In this document: positions 36,525 through 48,457 of the stretch, in pieces
How the letters are laid out: each line of letters begins with the position of its first letter
Position numbering within the stretch: position 1 is the first letter of the stretch
DNA from: Octopus bimaculoides
Lineage: Eukaryota
Reading direction: 5' to 3'
Length of the DNA stretch: 64,000 nt
Assembly: GCF_001194135.2 (NCBI RefSeq)
Contig: NC_069004.1
Location: 13,500,183 to 13,564,182 of the forward strand
The notes under the pieces: generated by a model
What the model saw: only the letters and a program-made list of their open reading frames with translations
The model's database searches: none
Told to the model about the DNA's origin: nothing
Translations under genes and position numbers: made by a program

Positions 36525-39500
36525 AGAGAGAGAGAGAGAAAGAGAGACCCAACTGATTGCTAAGTTTCCACACACGAGATCATGTCAATGGGTTATACAA
36601 TAACTTACAGAAACAAATTAAAAAATGACCAATTATAATTATTCTTCATACAGATCTAAAAAGTACATTAAAAGCACCCATGCCAATGCTATGTAAAAAA
36701 ACACCTGTGCTGGTGTAATGCACAAAGCACCTACACCAGTGCACCTGTGTGGTGCCACATGTAAAGGTCTACATATAAAGCACCCATGCCAGTGTCATGT
36801 AAAAAGCACCTGTACCAGTACCATTTAACAAGCACCTATGTTGGTGCCACATAAAAAGCACCTGTGACAGTGCCACATAAAAAGTACCCAGTACACTCTG
36901 TAAAGTGGTTGGTGTTAGGAAGGACATCCAGCTGTAGAAACTAAGCCAAAACAGACAAATGGAGCCTGGGCAGCTCTTCAGCTCGGCCAGCTCCTGTCAA
37001 ACTGTCCAACCCATGTCAGCATGGAAAACAGATGTATGATGATGATGATGAGATCTAACATAACACCTTCAGTTCGAACAACAATCAAGCTTCAATGTGT
37101 TAACATTTAAGAAAGTGTTTTAAAAAGCTATTCTTTAATCAACGATAACTTTCTTTCAAATCAACCATCTCATTAAACCTTAGCTGTATATGTGTGAGGT
37201 CTATGCACTGACATATGAGTATGTATGGATACAGAAATTTGTATACAGATACTGAGATGTGCTGTATAGAAAAATGGGTTTGTGTATAGATGCAGAAGCA
37301 TGTGAATGCATGTACAGATATGTTATATATATATAAATGTACAAGTATGCACAGGCATGTATATAGATGCACAAAATGTATGGGCATGCTTAGAGATGTG
37401 CAACCATGCATATACATGTACACACAAGGTGTGGATGTACACGCTTGTACAGAAGTCAGAAGTTTTCAAACAGTGAGCCACAATGAATATCTAAGTGCAC
37501 TACAGATTTTTAAAAAATTGTAATTTAAGGGTTTTAGAAAATCCATCCTGATACCCAAGCAACATGAAAAATGCCACCTATAATTTTGTTACACACAAGT
37601 ATTCTTAATAAAACAATGTGAGCAATAGTTTTCTATGTTTTACCCCTAGATTTAAAAAAAAAAAAAAAAAATCTAAAGCTGTTTTTATTTTTAAACCTTC
37701 CCTGTGAAATGTGACAGTAATTTATTGATTTCATTTTCAGTAAATATGGTACTGAAATGGTTACAGAACACTCAGCTTTCTAGAAAGTATATTTTGTGGA
37801 CCACCACCACTCCATCATCTAAGTATATGGCATGAGTACAAGCCATTGACAAGGCCCACAAAGCCAAAATGCATTTCGCGTTCTTGTTAGCCATTGCCAG
37901 GACATTTCTTTTTTACCTCTCGCCGATATATACCATGCTTTTATTAAATACAGCAGCACGTCCACAAGAGATGTTATCTCTGAATGAGTACCACAGTAAA
38001 TTTGCCTTTCAACTATGTATTTACATTAAGTATGCTACAAAAATGGCTATTTAAATTCAATACAGTTTCTATTACATATAATGGGGAAAAAAGTATTAAA
38101 ATTATTTTAAAACAGATAAATGCATGCATTGCACATTACTACAAAGGAATACACATGCAACACAGCAATACATTAAAAACATGCAAGTTTTCTAACTATT
38201 CAAACTTTTTCTGACATGTGGCAACACCAGCAGGCCATAAGTGACACACAAGTCTTCTACAGCACAGTGGCTGAAACATTTAGTGTTGACGTACAGGCAT
38301 ATGTATAGACAGTGTATAAATATACAAGATGTGTATAGATTTTAAGCTATGTATATAGATGCACAAAGGGATACATACAGATGTATAGGCTTTATACAAA
38401 TGTACAGATGTGTGTATAGTATATATTTCATTTTAAAATCAGAATAAAATATAACTTTATACAACTCATTCATCCATAATTATAAAAAAAATTAAATAAA
38501 ACAAGATTTTTAAGTAAAGCATTTTTACAGATGAAACTAGAATATTTTAATGATTTCTTTTAAGAAGAATGAAAACACATACACATACATACACACACAC
38601 CTTTGGATAATTGTCTGTATTCATTAGTCTTATTTGCAATGACAAAAAAAAAAACAAAGCTACATATTCAACTACTTTGCTGAAATACTTACATATTAGT
38701 TTTATCAAATACTATTAAAAGATTAGAATGATAATATTTTTCTAACCCACTAGCAAGAAGTGCCATTGTGCGGCACCTTGAGTAAGTGTCTTCTATTATA
38801 CCCTGAGCCAACCAAAGCTATTCATCATCGACAGCACACACTGTAAAGTGGATTTACATTAGGAAGGGCATCCAGCTGTAGAAACCAAGCCAAATTAGAC
38901 TGGAACCTGGTGCAGCTCTCCAGCTTGTAACCTCTTGTCAAACCGCCCAACATATGCTAACAGTGAAAACAGACATTAAAGTATGATGATGATGATGATG
39001 ATGATACACACACACACATTTATGTGTGTGTGTGTTTGTGTCATACTTGCCCCCACCACTGCTCGACAACTGGTGTTGGTTTATTTACGTCCTTGTAACT
39101 TAGTGGTTTAGAAAAAGAGACTGATATAATAATACCAGACTTAAATAATGAGTACTGGCATCAATTTATTCAATTAAACACTCTAAGGTAGTGCTCCAGC
39201 TTGGTTTTCCCACACTAGCATGAGTTAGATGAATATACATTACTGAGGCATTGCCCTTCCTGTCACAAACCCTTCCATGATTTTTAAGTAAAGGATTTCT
39301 TGCTTCAGACTTCTTCAAAAGCATGGAGCCAAGAGACAAGCTACTTGAGAATGGAAACGACAACGTCACTGCTTGTAGCTCAGCATTTTTCAGAGAAGCG
39401 CAAATGTAAACGGATGCACATACACACAATTCATACGATGGGCTTTGTAGAGTTCCCATCTATTAAATTCACTCACAAGGCATTGGTTAGTCCAAGACTA

Positions 39501-42500
39501 TCAGTAAAAGGTACTTGCCCAATGTGCCATGCGAAAGGGCTGAACCGGAAACCACAAAGTTGTGAAACAAACTTCTTAACCACATAACCACGTTAATGCA
39601 TACATGTATTTTGCAAGTATGTCTGTGTGTTTGTGTGTGTGCATTAGTACATGCACACACACACACACACACATAGGAAGCTGATGGTTTTTGCATGAAT
39701 ACAATGTTGGAAAATGTAGGCTATTTACAGACCAATGTGTACTACTAATATACACAAAGTAACACAAAGTAACTATATTTAATCTTAAAAAACAATGCTA
39801 TCCAAATGTTCCACATTGCACACTTACATGCAGCCTAGCCTACAAGTTCTGCATTGCATGTAGAACCATGTTTTAAGGTAATGCCAAAGTTTTCTGACAA
39901 ATAGTAGCTTTCAGTTCATCTAATAGGTGCAAGCACTTTCCTTTAGAGGTAGCCCACCCCACCCCCACCTAACAAGGAAATAACCATACACTTAAATAAC
40001 CAAACAGGTAACTGAGCAGACCATGGTATGTCACTGCACTGAGAAACATTCAGTAAACATGCTTTTAATAATGTCAAGAACCAAGATATGTGGTGCATTG
40101 ATGTACTCGAGAAGACCCACCCACCACAACAGAATTGATATCCGAAAAGCAAGGTGTCACATAAAAAGCTTTGGTGTGGGTGCTGGTTCCACATAAAAAG
40201 CACTGTTGATGGTGCATTTTAAAAAGCACCCTGTACACTGTAAAGTGGTTGGTGTCAGGAAGGGCATCCAGCTGTAGATATCCACCAAAACAAAACAGAC
40301 TATGGAACTTGGCATGGACCCCTGGCCTTGCCAGTTCCTGTGAAGCTGTTCAACGCAAGCCAGCATGAAAAACGGATGTTAAATGTTAATGATGATGATG
40401 ATGAAACTCTTACTGTATGGAGAGTTGTTCAATCAAGTTGAAAAAATATGTGTATTAATAATGCCAAGTCAGTTCAATTAAGGAAGTTGCATAATGTGAA
40501 TACACAGCAGTTAGAAATCACTCTTATTGCATGTTGGGCCTTCTTCTAAGAAATACAGGTGTCACTTTGCTGACTGATAAACAATGCAAGCTTTACTTAT
40601 TTATGTAAACAGATAGATGGCATCGGTTTCATCATTCATGAAAAAAAACCCTGTTATATGTCTCCGTGCAAGCATGCTTTCTGCAAATGCTTTTCAGCTT
40701 TCCCAGTCGCAGTGGTTCATTTTAAGCACAATCAAAATCTTATAAGGATGAAAATTTAAAATCAATGCGCAACATCCTTTACAAACTGTGATCTGAAATA
40801 TCCAATGCAGCACCAGATCTTGAAGCTGATTGATGATGGTTGTTCATCACAGTCTACCTAACAGCCTTGACCCTTTAGCATTTAAACCAACCATATCCTG
40901 CCCAAATATGCTAGCTGTTTTATGGTCACACTGGCTATATCTGGCCTGTCACACCTACCCTACAATGTCACTCTCAAAGTAAACAACCACATTGTTGAAA
41001 TCTCATAGGTATGAGATAATGCAGGATTAATTCAAAGTAATGTGAATAAATGCTACCTTTAAGAGAGTAACTTGAATGCTAAAGGCTTGAAATGTTGCTT
41101 GGTATTTAGGCAGCTAGCACACCTCTGGATGATGTTTTTTTCTGGGGGTTTTTTGTATGCTGAACAAGAAAAACTTGAATTATTATTATTCTTTTTCTGT
41201 TACCCCTAGCAAAATCATATTCTACTGAACACTTTACCAAGAGAGCTCACATTAAAATGCAAATGACTATTTCATTTCACCATGTTTCAGTAATCAAGTC
41301 ACCATTTAAAAGAAAAGAATTGTGATCCACTGTTTCATAGCTACTAAAATACCATATTTTCCAGCTCATAAGTTGAATTTTTCAGACCAAAATTTTCAGC
41401 CAAAAAACGTAGGTTGAGTTATACACCAATACAAAATTTGGAGGGCCAAAAACTTCCATGTGAAATGCAGCAGGATTTGGAAAGATAGTGGATATTTGAA
41501 TGTTTGCACTATATACTCTCAACTTGTAATGCTGGAAAATATAGTAATGTTGCGAGAGCCACTTAATACCACTGAACAAGTGCCCCTGTGACACACAGAC
41601 ACACCATCCCTGTCAGTGAGATTACTATCATTCTAAGAATTGCCAGGTTTCCCTACAGGATACTGTAGAGTGTGTGTGTGTGTGTGTGTGTGCGTGCGTG
41701 CTTGCTACAACTTTGATACCATGCATCTGCTGATAGTCATTTCATAGATTCTAGGACAAAAACAAGAGCATTTCAATCCTAAAACACAGAATACACACTG
41801 TTAATGACACAAAAAATAATTCTACTTAATGTTATTAAGAGTCAGTCAATCCATATTTCAGTTATTTCATGCAAGTGTGATAAACTGAGCCGCTTGTGAG
41901 ACGTTTTCCCAATTGCAAATCATCCACCAAAAAGATCATCCTCATTGATTTTGATGGAGATGGTCTTTTCTGTAGCTCAAGGCAGGAATTAAACTGACAA
42001 AAAACAACCACTATACAGCTTCCTGTTACTCACTGCAATTGGAGTGGAGATACTGCCAATAACAGACGTCAACAGCATCAACCAGGCCAAAATTTGCCCA
42101 TCAAAAATTCTATTCTATGGAACAAAATAATTTTCTCCAGAAGTTTCCCTCCCTCTCTTCTTGCATTCTCTTTCACTAATCACACACACACACTATTACA
42201 CCATTAAATACATCAAATAAAATTCTCTTATGTAGAATAGATTGAGATTTTTTGTTTCTTTTTTTGTTGTTACTTTATTTTTATCTTTTTTTTTTTTTTT
42301 TTGCATATCATAGAACTTGAGAAAATGAGAAAACCTGACCAAATAGAGTGACATGGTTCGGTAGCAGTAATATTCAAACAGAGCTAAAGTGGATCAAATT
42401 GGAAGTCTGTTGGATTGACCAATTCAGATAGACCACAGCTTACCTCTGGAATATTCTCCTGGTCTGCATTTTGTTCTCTATTTTGTTTCGCAGGCTTTGA

Positions 42501-42650
42501 CACCCATTCTGACCACTGTTTCCGTGTTGTCGGACCATACACAATGCTTTCGTCGCCAGTGCTTGTGTTGCTATTGCTATCGAAATCTAGATTCTGTGTG
42601 GTCTCATCCTGGTTTTCTTTGTGACGTCTAGATTTTCTAACCTCATCATT
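27772..42650 (-). CDS. DOT1L: DOT1-like histone H3K79 methyltransferase, internal five-exon block (partial gene)
   Basis: Five GT-AG exons (207+133+132+92+102 nt = 222 codons) join without frameshift or stop. VPPAMQRFFDNIKQRYTEFLNYMKTPQYKTTVERQIEEEKKRK...LKNRLGE matches by eye the human DOT1L segment PPALQKLLESFKIQYLQFLAYTKTPQYKASLQELLGQEKEK...QKLDE. GPTTRKQWSEW resembles the invertebrate DOT1L post-catalytic motif. Confidence 0.9.
28130..28260 (-). mobile_element. RTE LINE 3' end, in the intron between exons D and E
   Basis: Reverse complement of the AGGAAGGGTATCCAGCTATAGAAAC...AACCCATGCCAGC...(GAT)n tail. Confidence 0.75.
28541..28632 (-). CDS. DOT1L: DOT1L exon D (92 nt, phase 1/0)
   Basis: atttcattgcag|ACAACA...GAGAAG|gtatgt; encodes (D)NIKQRYTEFLNYMKTPQYKTTVERQIEEEK with the conserved KTPQYK motif. 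Confidence 0.92.
29325..29450 (+). mobile_element. SINE type B, 5'-truncated
   Basis: GGTCAACTTTGCCTTTTATCC core. Confidence 0.7.
29599..29710. repeat. 28-bp tandem repeat, four copies
   Basis: Unit atgcatttccttattatagttaatactt; three identical copies plus one with a single change. Confidence 0.97.
29731..30180 (+). mobile_element. Young 5'-truncated RTE LINE (ORF2 C-terminus, 3'UTR, (GAT)n tail)
   Basis: Reads RDLWKCAVREKTRQAK*, then internally repeated 3'UTR units and GGACGTTAAACGATGATG; CpGs retained. Confidence 0.85.
30315..30480 (+). mobile_element. SINE type A 5' half
   Basis: GGTGCAGACATGGCTGTGTGG head. Confidence 0.75.
30678..30905 (+). mobile_element. piggyBac-type MITE
   Basis: ttaaccatttagcatt...aatgctaaagagttaa. 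Confidence 0.8.
31000..31131 (-). CDS. DOT1L: DOT1L exon C (132 nt, phase 1/1)
   Basis: ctttcttgttctag|CTTCCA...TTCTTTG|gtaagt; encodes (A)SSENSVSCNDRSMTSFSDAYFKSGSQPHTIAALEVPPAMQRFF(D). Confidence 0.88.
31204..31566 (+). mobile_element. SINE type A, full length, about 70 bp from the exon C acceptor
   Basis: Head, core, (TG)n and tail all present. Confidence 0.85.
32270..32346. repeat. Short palindrome with a degenerate hammerhead-like motif (possible Penelope terminus)
   Basis: aagtggccatactacagctgtttcaa pairs imperfectly with ttgaaatagatgtagtggccactt. Confidence 0.6.
32998..33230. mobile_element. hAT-type MITE
   Basis: tagtggttctca ... tgagaaacacta ends. Confidence 0.55.
33504..33636 (-). 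CDS. DOT1L: DOT1L exon B (133 nt, phase 0/1), basic linker
   Basis: ttttgctatttcag|GGGCAG...GAGTATG|gtaatg; the only open frame is GQFQGEAKKPTCHTRIVKRNRRKSKASPNKMTKEEEGTRTNGEY; phases fit exons A and C. Confidence 0.75.
33765..34102 (+). mobile_element. SINE type A
   Basis: Core and tail recognisable. Confidence 0.8.
34470..35482. mobile_element. SINE cluster: type C (+, 34470-34700), two type B (-, 34735-35120), type C (-, 35300-35482)
   Basis: Family cores as above. Confidence 0.8.
35594..35790 (-). mobile_element. SINE type B flanked by ~100-bp direct repeats
   Basis: Direct repeats at 35494-35593 and 35813-35908. Confidence 0.8.
36665..37050 (+). mobile_element. RTE LINE 3' UTR with tandem GTGCCACATAAAAAGCACC-like units
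   Basis: Same terminal block and (GAT)n tail as 29731-30180. Confidence 0.8.
38760..39600. mobile_element. SINE type A (+) split by an RTE 3' end (38830-39005), then SINE type A (-, 39428-39600)
   Basis: Family cores as above. Confidence 0.7.
40150..40403 (+). mobile_element. RTE LINE 3' end
   Basis: Terminal block plus (GAT)n. Confidence 0.8.
40867..41090 (+). mobile_element. piggyBac-type MITE
   Basis: ttgaccctttagcatt...aatgctaaaggcttga. Confidence 0.78.
41352..41544. mobile_element. pogo/Tigger-type MITE
   Basis: TA|ccatattttccagctcataagttga ... tcaacttgtaatgctggaaaatatag|TA; imperfect TIRs with TA TSD. Confidence 0.7.
42444..42650 (-). CDS. DOT1L: DOT1L exon A (207 nt, phase 0/0)
   Basis: ttcataaacag|AATGAT...CCAGAG|gtaagc; encodes NDEVRKSRRHKENQDETTQNLDFDSNSNTSTGDESIVYGPTTRKQWSEWVSKPAKQNREQNADQENIPE. 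Confidence 0.88.
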
Positions 42651-44676
42651 CTGTTTATGAATAGGAAATGGTAAAAACTATTTTAGAATTTCCCTTCAAA
42701 ACAGACAAAGGTTTAGTTATATATTTTTATAGTTGATTTTTTTTTTTTTTTATTATAGGTGTTCATTGTGTAATATATATAAAATTAAATCGTAGAATAT
42801 ATATATGTATGTATATAATTAAATTGAGTCAGAAGAGCAGTCAAGATCAGTATTATTGTTATAAATAAAGGCTACATTCTTACATAGTGTATACCTTAAA
42901 TATGTGCCAACTCAGCTAAACCTCTGTAGTAAATTTTTAAAATACTGTTTTATTGGGTATTTCAGTTAAAAATCAGATACACTTCTCTGCATACACAACT
43001 TCTTGTTTTTTTAATTTTTACTTTTTTTTTTTAAACCTTACAAATTAAAATGAACTTATTCTGTGGTGTACAACCATCCGACATCCTTCTAAATATAAAA
43101 CTAAACTGGAGTATTTGTATCATTCAAGGTCACTGGAAAAAAAAACAAAAAAGGAAAAAAAAAACAAAAAAAAAAACAAGAAACTAATTTGAAAAGATTT
43201 CTATTCTGCAGCTAGATAAATCCCAACACATCTATCTTGCTATCCTCTGGAGTAACGCCTTTTCTATTTTGTCTACTGAGACCATAAGGTGGTCTGAATT
43301 ACAGGAAATTGAAAGAGTCTAAGAACTTTTTCGCTTACTGCATGAACAATCACCTAAATTAATACTAGAATGGTCAAACTGTCCTACTCTTATGTTAGTT
43401 AATATATTTCCAGATGCACCATTACTATATAATCATTTTCTAAGCATGTAAATACATTTTTGTTCTTAACTTACTGCTATCATAGTTAATTACTAGTACA
43501 TCCTTAAATACTAGTTTACAATTCTGAGAAGTAGGAAAGTTCAAGTGTTTCTATCTGGTTTTTGATTCCACAGTATGCCTGTTGATTTTTTAATCTTAAT
43601 TCCAATTACATTTCAGCCTACACATTATTAAATATAACTAAGTTATTGAATAGAAATACAAACACAATACAACCAAAATTATATAACGTGAACTCTTGAA
43701 TTACATAATGATTTCTAACATAGGCACAGAGGGCTATAGTTAAGTACTTGACTCTGGTACTAAATGACGTTTATTTTAATGATCCTGGAAAAGCCTACCT
43801 GAGAAGACAAAAAAAACAAACTACCAGCTAAGTGTTGCATTTTACAGCATGTAATAGTAAATTATGATCTGCCATTAAAAATCCTCTCAAGGGAATTTTT
43901 ATCAAAACTGAAAACTATATATATTAGTTTCTAACATAGGTATGAAGATATTCATTTACAAATAGAGTACGGATGGGAAAGGTGTCTCTAAAAGCCTCAA
44001 AACTCAAAGGAAAGGAAAAGATTTTTTTTTTCTCTGTCTTTAGTATTCTTGCGTTTCATATAATGGAAAGTATAATACTGAAAAAATTATTCCACCCCAC
44101 CCCCGCCACACACTTTTTTTTTTTTACGTTAAAAATTTATAAACTTCAAGAGGATGTGAAATAATTCTTGCTTGGAACAGTGGATTGCAAAGCATATAAA
44201 GCATGTAAATGTAGGGCAAAAAACCCCTTTGAGTAGGAAAAGTTAAAAGCCGCCCAACCAAAGGATTTCTCAACCAAATATATACAAGCTGTTATTTATA
44301 TATAGCTTTATATGCTTCAAAGGCCACTGTTCCAAAAAAAAATTATTCCTTTTTTTTTTATTAACATTTTTGCTTCCCTCTCTTTTCTGTAATTTTTTTC
44401 TTTCCTATAAGGTATGTAACTTCAGAGACAATTGTTCCGAAATTTTGCAAGGAAAGCTAAGTTGTGAGTTTTATGCTTTTCCATATGATATCAGTAGCAT
44501 AAGTGAAATGAAACATGTCAAAGCAGTTAACAAAAAACATTTGCAGCTTCAGCTCCAAACCTTCTTCACCTCAGTGCCTAACTAAATTCATATGGACCCG
44601 TTGGTGAAAACAGATATAGCTATCATCTAAGAAGAATATATATATATATATGTATATATATACACACACACATTTA

Positions 44677-44849
44677 TTAACCCTCTCACTCTTAAACTGG
44701 TCATATCTGGCCAAAATATTCTACCTGTTTTATGTTCAAACTGGTCACATCTGGCCTTTCACACCAACCTTACAATATCATTCTAAAAGTTACCAATTAC
44801 CCCCATCAAAATCGTAAAGTTAGAAGATAATGTGAATGCTAAAAGGTTA
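44677..44849 (+). mobile_element. piggyBac-type MITE, internally deleted
   Basis: ttaaccc...aatgctaaaaggttaa. Confidence 0.75.
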
Positions 44850-45052
44850 AAGTGGACAAAATCTTCACAAACTGTTACTCAGAGGTTCATGTTAGCACTT
44901 GTCGAACAGTTGTGATTACCAGAACTGTCCGATGAATGGTAATGCAAGTTGGCTTTTATAAAAGCATATTACTCTACTTTCAGTATTAGAGTACTATCTT
45001 TTTCCACATTATTTTGCATTTATGTGCTTATCTTTCAATATGCATGTGTGTG

Positions 45053-45088
<36 letters not shown>

Positions 45089-45109
45089 NNNNNNNNNNAT
45101 ATATATATA

Positions 45110-45149
<40 letters not shown>

Positions 45150-45448
45150 AACATATAAACATCTAATTATTTAGGTGGAAAAATCATCAGAAAAGCCATT
45201 TCTATCTGGGAGAGAGAGAGAGATTGGTAAAGCAAAATCCACATTTGCAGGACATTCATACTCTGCCCTATGTCGAATTAGAATGAGAGAAAGATTAAAT
45301 GTGAAATAATTGTTAAAAAAGAAAATGAATTTGCATTTTGATAGATAAATTTGTAGAACTTCATAGCAATGATTCATTAAAAGATTTTCAGTTGTCTTAG
45401 ATTTCATTCAGTAGTTAACTTTGTTAAAAGCATAACACTCAAACACAT

Positions 45449-45674
45449 TTAACCCATTAGCATTTAAACTGGCCAAATCCAGCCCAAATGTTCTACCAGT
45501 TTTATGACCAAACTGGCTAGATCCAGCTTCTCACACCTACCCTATAATGTCATTTTAAACTAGTCTCACCACTGAAATCTTGAAGCTACGAGATAATGCA
45601 TGATTAATTAATCAAAACAATATGAATAAATAAGCATTACATTTGACAGGTTAACCTTAATGCTAAAGGGTGAA
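45449..45674 (+). mobile_element. piggyBac-type MITE
   Basis: Family match. Confidence 0.8.
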
Positions 45675-45973
45675 TGTCACAGCACAACAACAGTTATGGT
45701 CACACAGGTCAATATGGAGTTAGCACTGATGAATTAATAATGAAGACGAAAAGCTATTAGTTAAAAGATGAATTAAGAACAAGCTTTGTATAAGATATAA
45801 ATTTTGTTCGGATAGCTTTAGATTTGTGCAGAAAGGTAAGTGAGGATGTAACACTTATGCTTTTCAGAAAGTTAAATTAATACGGAATCTGATTGACATT
45901 AAAAAAAAAAAACTATTGATTTGTTTTAATACTAGACAGAATCAATTTTTACATAGATATTTATACACACAAT

Positions 45974-46016
<43 letters not shown>

Positions 46017-47002
46017 ACTCTGCCATCCCAACGATGTATGAACTGTATGAATGTTCAGTCAAACAACCTGCACAAATGATTTGTTTATAGTGAATAAGAA
46101 TTTTTGTANNNNNNNNNNNNNNNNNNNNNNNNNNNNNNNNNNNNNNNNNNNNNNNNNNNNNNNNNNNNNNNNNNNNNNNNNNNNNNNNNNNNNNNNNNNN
46201 NNNNNNNNNNNNNNNNNNNNNNNNNNNNNNNNNNNNNNNNNNNNNNNNNNNNNNNNNNNNNNNNNNNNNNNNNNNNNNNNNNNNNNNNNNNNNNNNNNNN
46301 NNNNNNNNNNNNNNNNNNNNNNNNNNNNNNNNNNNNNNNNNNNNNNNNNNNNNNNNNNNNNNNNNNNNNNNNNNNNNNNNNNNNNNNNNNNNNNNNNNNN
46401 NNNNNNNTTGACCAATTAAAATACAAAAATTATTTTTCCTTCCCCACCTTAAAAAGCCATGAAGTACTAAACAAACAAGTCTGACCATGCCAATACAAAA
46501 GCCATGACTCTTTAGCTTCCCTCCATCTCAAAAATTTTTTTCTTCTTTCTTCTCCCTTGGAAAACCCCACACAATTTTTTATAAATAATAAGGCCAAGAA
46601 ATCTAAGTTGAAACCATTTTTGATAAATCTAATAATGGAAGAAAGTGCTAAAAATGTAAATAAAAAAACAAATATTCATCTAATATTCTGACTACCTTAT
46701 TATTCTAAATATACAATATCTGTACATGACTTCTAAAAACTCTCTCTCTCTTTATATATAGTCCTGACAGGGTATAAAGGTAAGGCATTTCCAAAGAAGC
46801 ACTCAACCTGAGTTCTGGGCTACCAACACTCTCAGATTCTTTAGGTGTAGAAAATTCTGGTTTTATGACAGTAAAACCACTGTCTGGGTGTAGCAAAGAG
46901 TAAAGCATAATCCAAATAATAAGACAAAGAAATACAAATTGTAACTGACTATTAAAAATGTGTTAAAGTATTTCTTTGTCTTATTATTTGGACTAAATAT
47001 AT

Positions 47003-47248
47003 ATCATCATCATCGTTTAACATCCGTCTTCCATGCATACACTGGTAGAATAGTTGACAGGAGCCAGCAAGGTAGAAGACTACCCCAGGCTACTGTATCT
47101 GTTTTGGCAGAGTTTTTACAGCTGGATACCCTTTCCAACACCAACCACTCTGTAAAGTGGACTCAGTACTTTTTACATGGTACTAGCATAGGTGAGGCTA
47201 GTTTAGGCATGATTTTTAGTTGGATGCCCTTCCAAATGCCTACCACTT
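47003..47248 (-). mobile_element. RTE LINE 3' end
   Basis: catcatcatcgtttaacatccgtcttccatgc is the reverse complement of the terminal block. Confidence 0.78.
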
Positions 47249-47591
47249 TACAGTGTTGAGAGAGAGATAGAGAGAGAGAGAAACACAGAGACAGAAAGAG
47301 AGACTGACTTAATTTAAAGACAAGCCTATAATGCTGATAAAACATTATTTCAATTATTTACTAAAGAGTCAAATGATATATGAATAGAAAGAGACCTTTT
47401 TTGACACTTTTAAAGGATGTCAGTTTAAACACGGAAGTTTTAAATTAGGCTAATGTAATTATTGACAGTATCAATAATACCACCAAAATGAACTTCATTT
47501 ATGAGCATTTAGATCATAATTTTCTTCCCATAAATTGGAATGTGTGCATTACAGACAGAGAAAGATATAATCACATGACGCTAATATTTAT

Positions 47592-47910
47592 CTTTTATTG
47601 CTTACTTGTTTCAGTCATTGGACTGCAGCTATGCTGGGGCACTGTTCTGAAGGGTTTAGTTGAATGAATTGACCCCAATACTTAATTTTTTTTAAAGTCT
47701 GGTACTTATTCTATTGGTTCCTTTTTGCTGAACTGCCAGGTTACAGGGACATAAACAAATCATCACCAGCTGTCAAGTGGTGGTGAAGGATAAAAACAAA
47801 AAGACACACACACACAACAGGTTTCTTTAAGTTTTTGCCTACCAAATTCACTCACAATGCTTTTGGTTGACCTGAGACTTTAGTACAAAACACTCGCCTG
47901 AGGTACCACA
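47592..47910 (-). mobile_element. SINE type A
   Basis: Tail and core recognisable. Confidence 0.78.
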
Positions 47911-48227
47911 CAGATAAAACAGGTGAATCAAATACGTGGTGTATGCTGTCATTAGAAAATAGGAAAGCAGTAAAATTCCACACTATTCTAAGTTGGAAAT
48001 GTGTGAATAAGCAGGAAAAAAATGTAAAGGAAGTTTTATAAAATGGTTTTGTTCCAATTTATAATTTACTAGCAGGATGAATAAAAATTCCACTCTTGTA
48101 AATGTTATTTGTATTTTCGTGTGCAAATTTATACAACTTTATAACATTGATTCATTTAAATATTTTAAATTATGCTTTAGATTTCATTCGGTTGTTAACT
48201 TTGTTAAAAGCATAGCACTCAATCACA

Positions 48228-48457
48228 TTAACCCCATAACTTCTAAACTGGCCATATCCAACCCAAATATTCTATTTGTTTTTATTTTCAAACCAGCTGG
48301 ATCTGGCTTCTCACACCCACCCTATAATGTCATTCTAAAAATAAACAATCATAACACTGAAATCTCAAGCTTCAAGATAATGCATGATTAATTCAAAGCA
48401 ATGTGAATATATATAAGCATTACATTTGCCAGAGTAATCTGAATGCTAAAGGATTAA
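48228..48457 (+). mobile_element. piggyBac-type MITE
   Basis: Family match. Confidence 0.8.

Noticed and set aside
44911-44950. Minus-strand TTG CAT (T) ACC ATT CAT CGG ACA GTT CTG|gtaatc, resembling the DOT1L YLHTIDRT exon end
   Set aside because: Needs a frameshift, and the upstream sequence does not encode SWTGKPVSY; judged coincidental.
45726-45760. CTGATGA...GAAA here and near 61218 as further hammerheads
   Set aside because: No convincing stem II or stem III pairing.
46705-46908. Ser/Pro/Glu-rich ORF as a DOT1L exon
   Set aside because: No suitable splice sites in phase and no recognisable homology.
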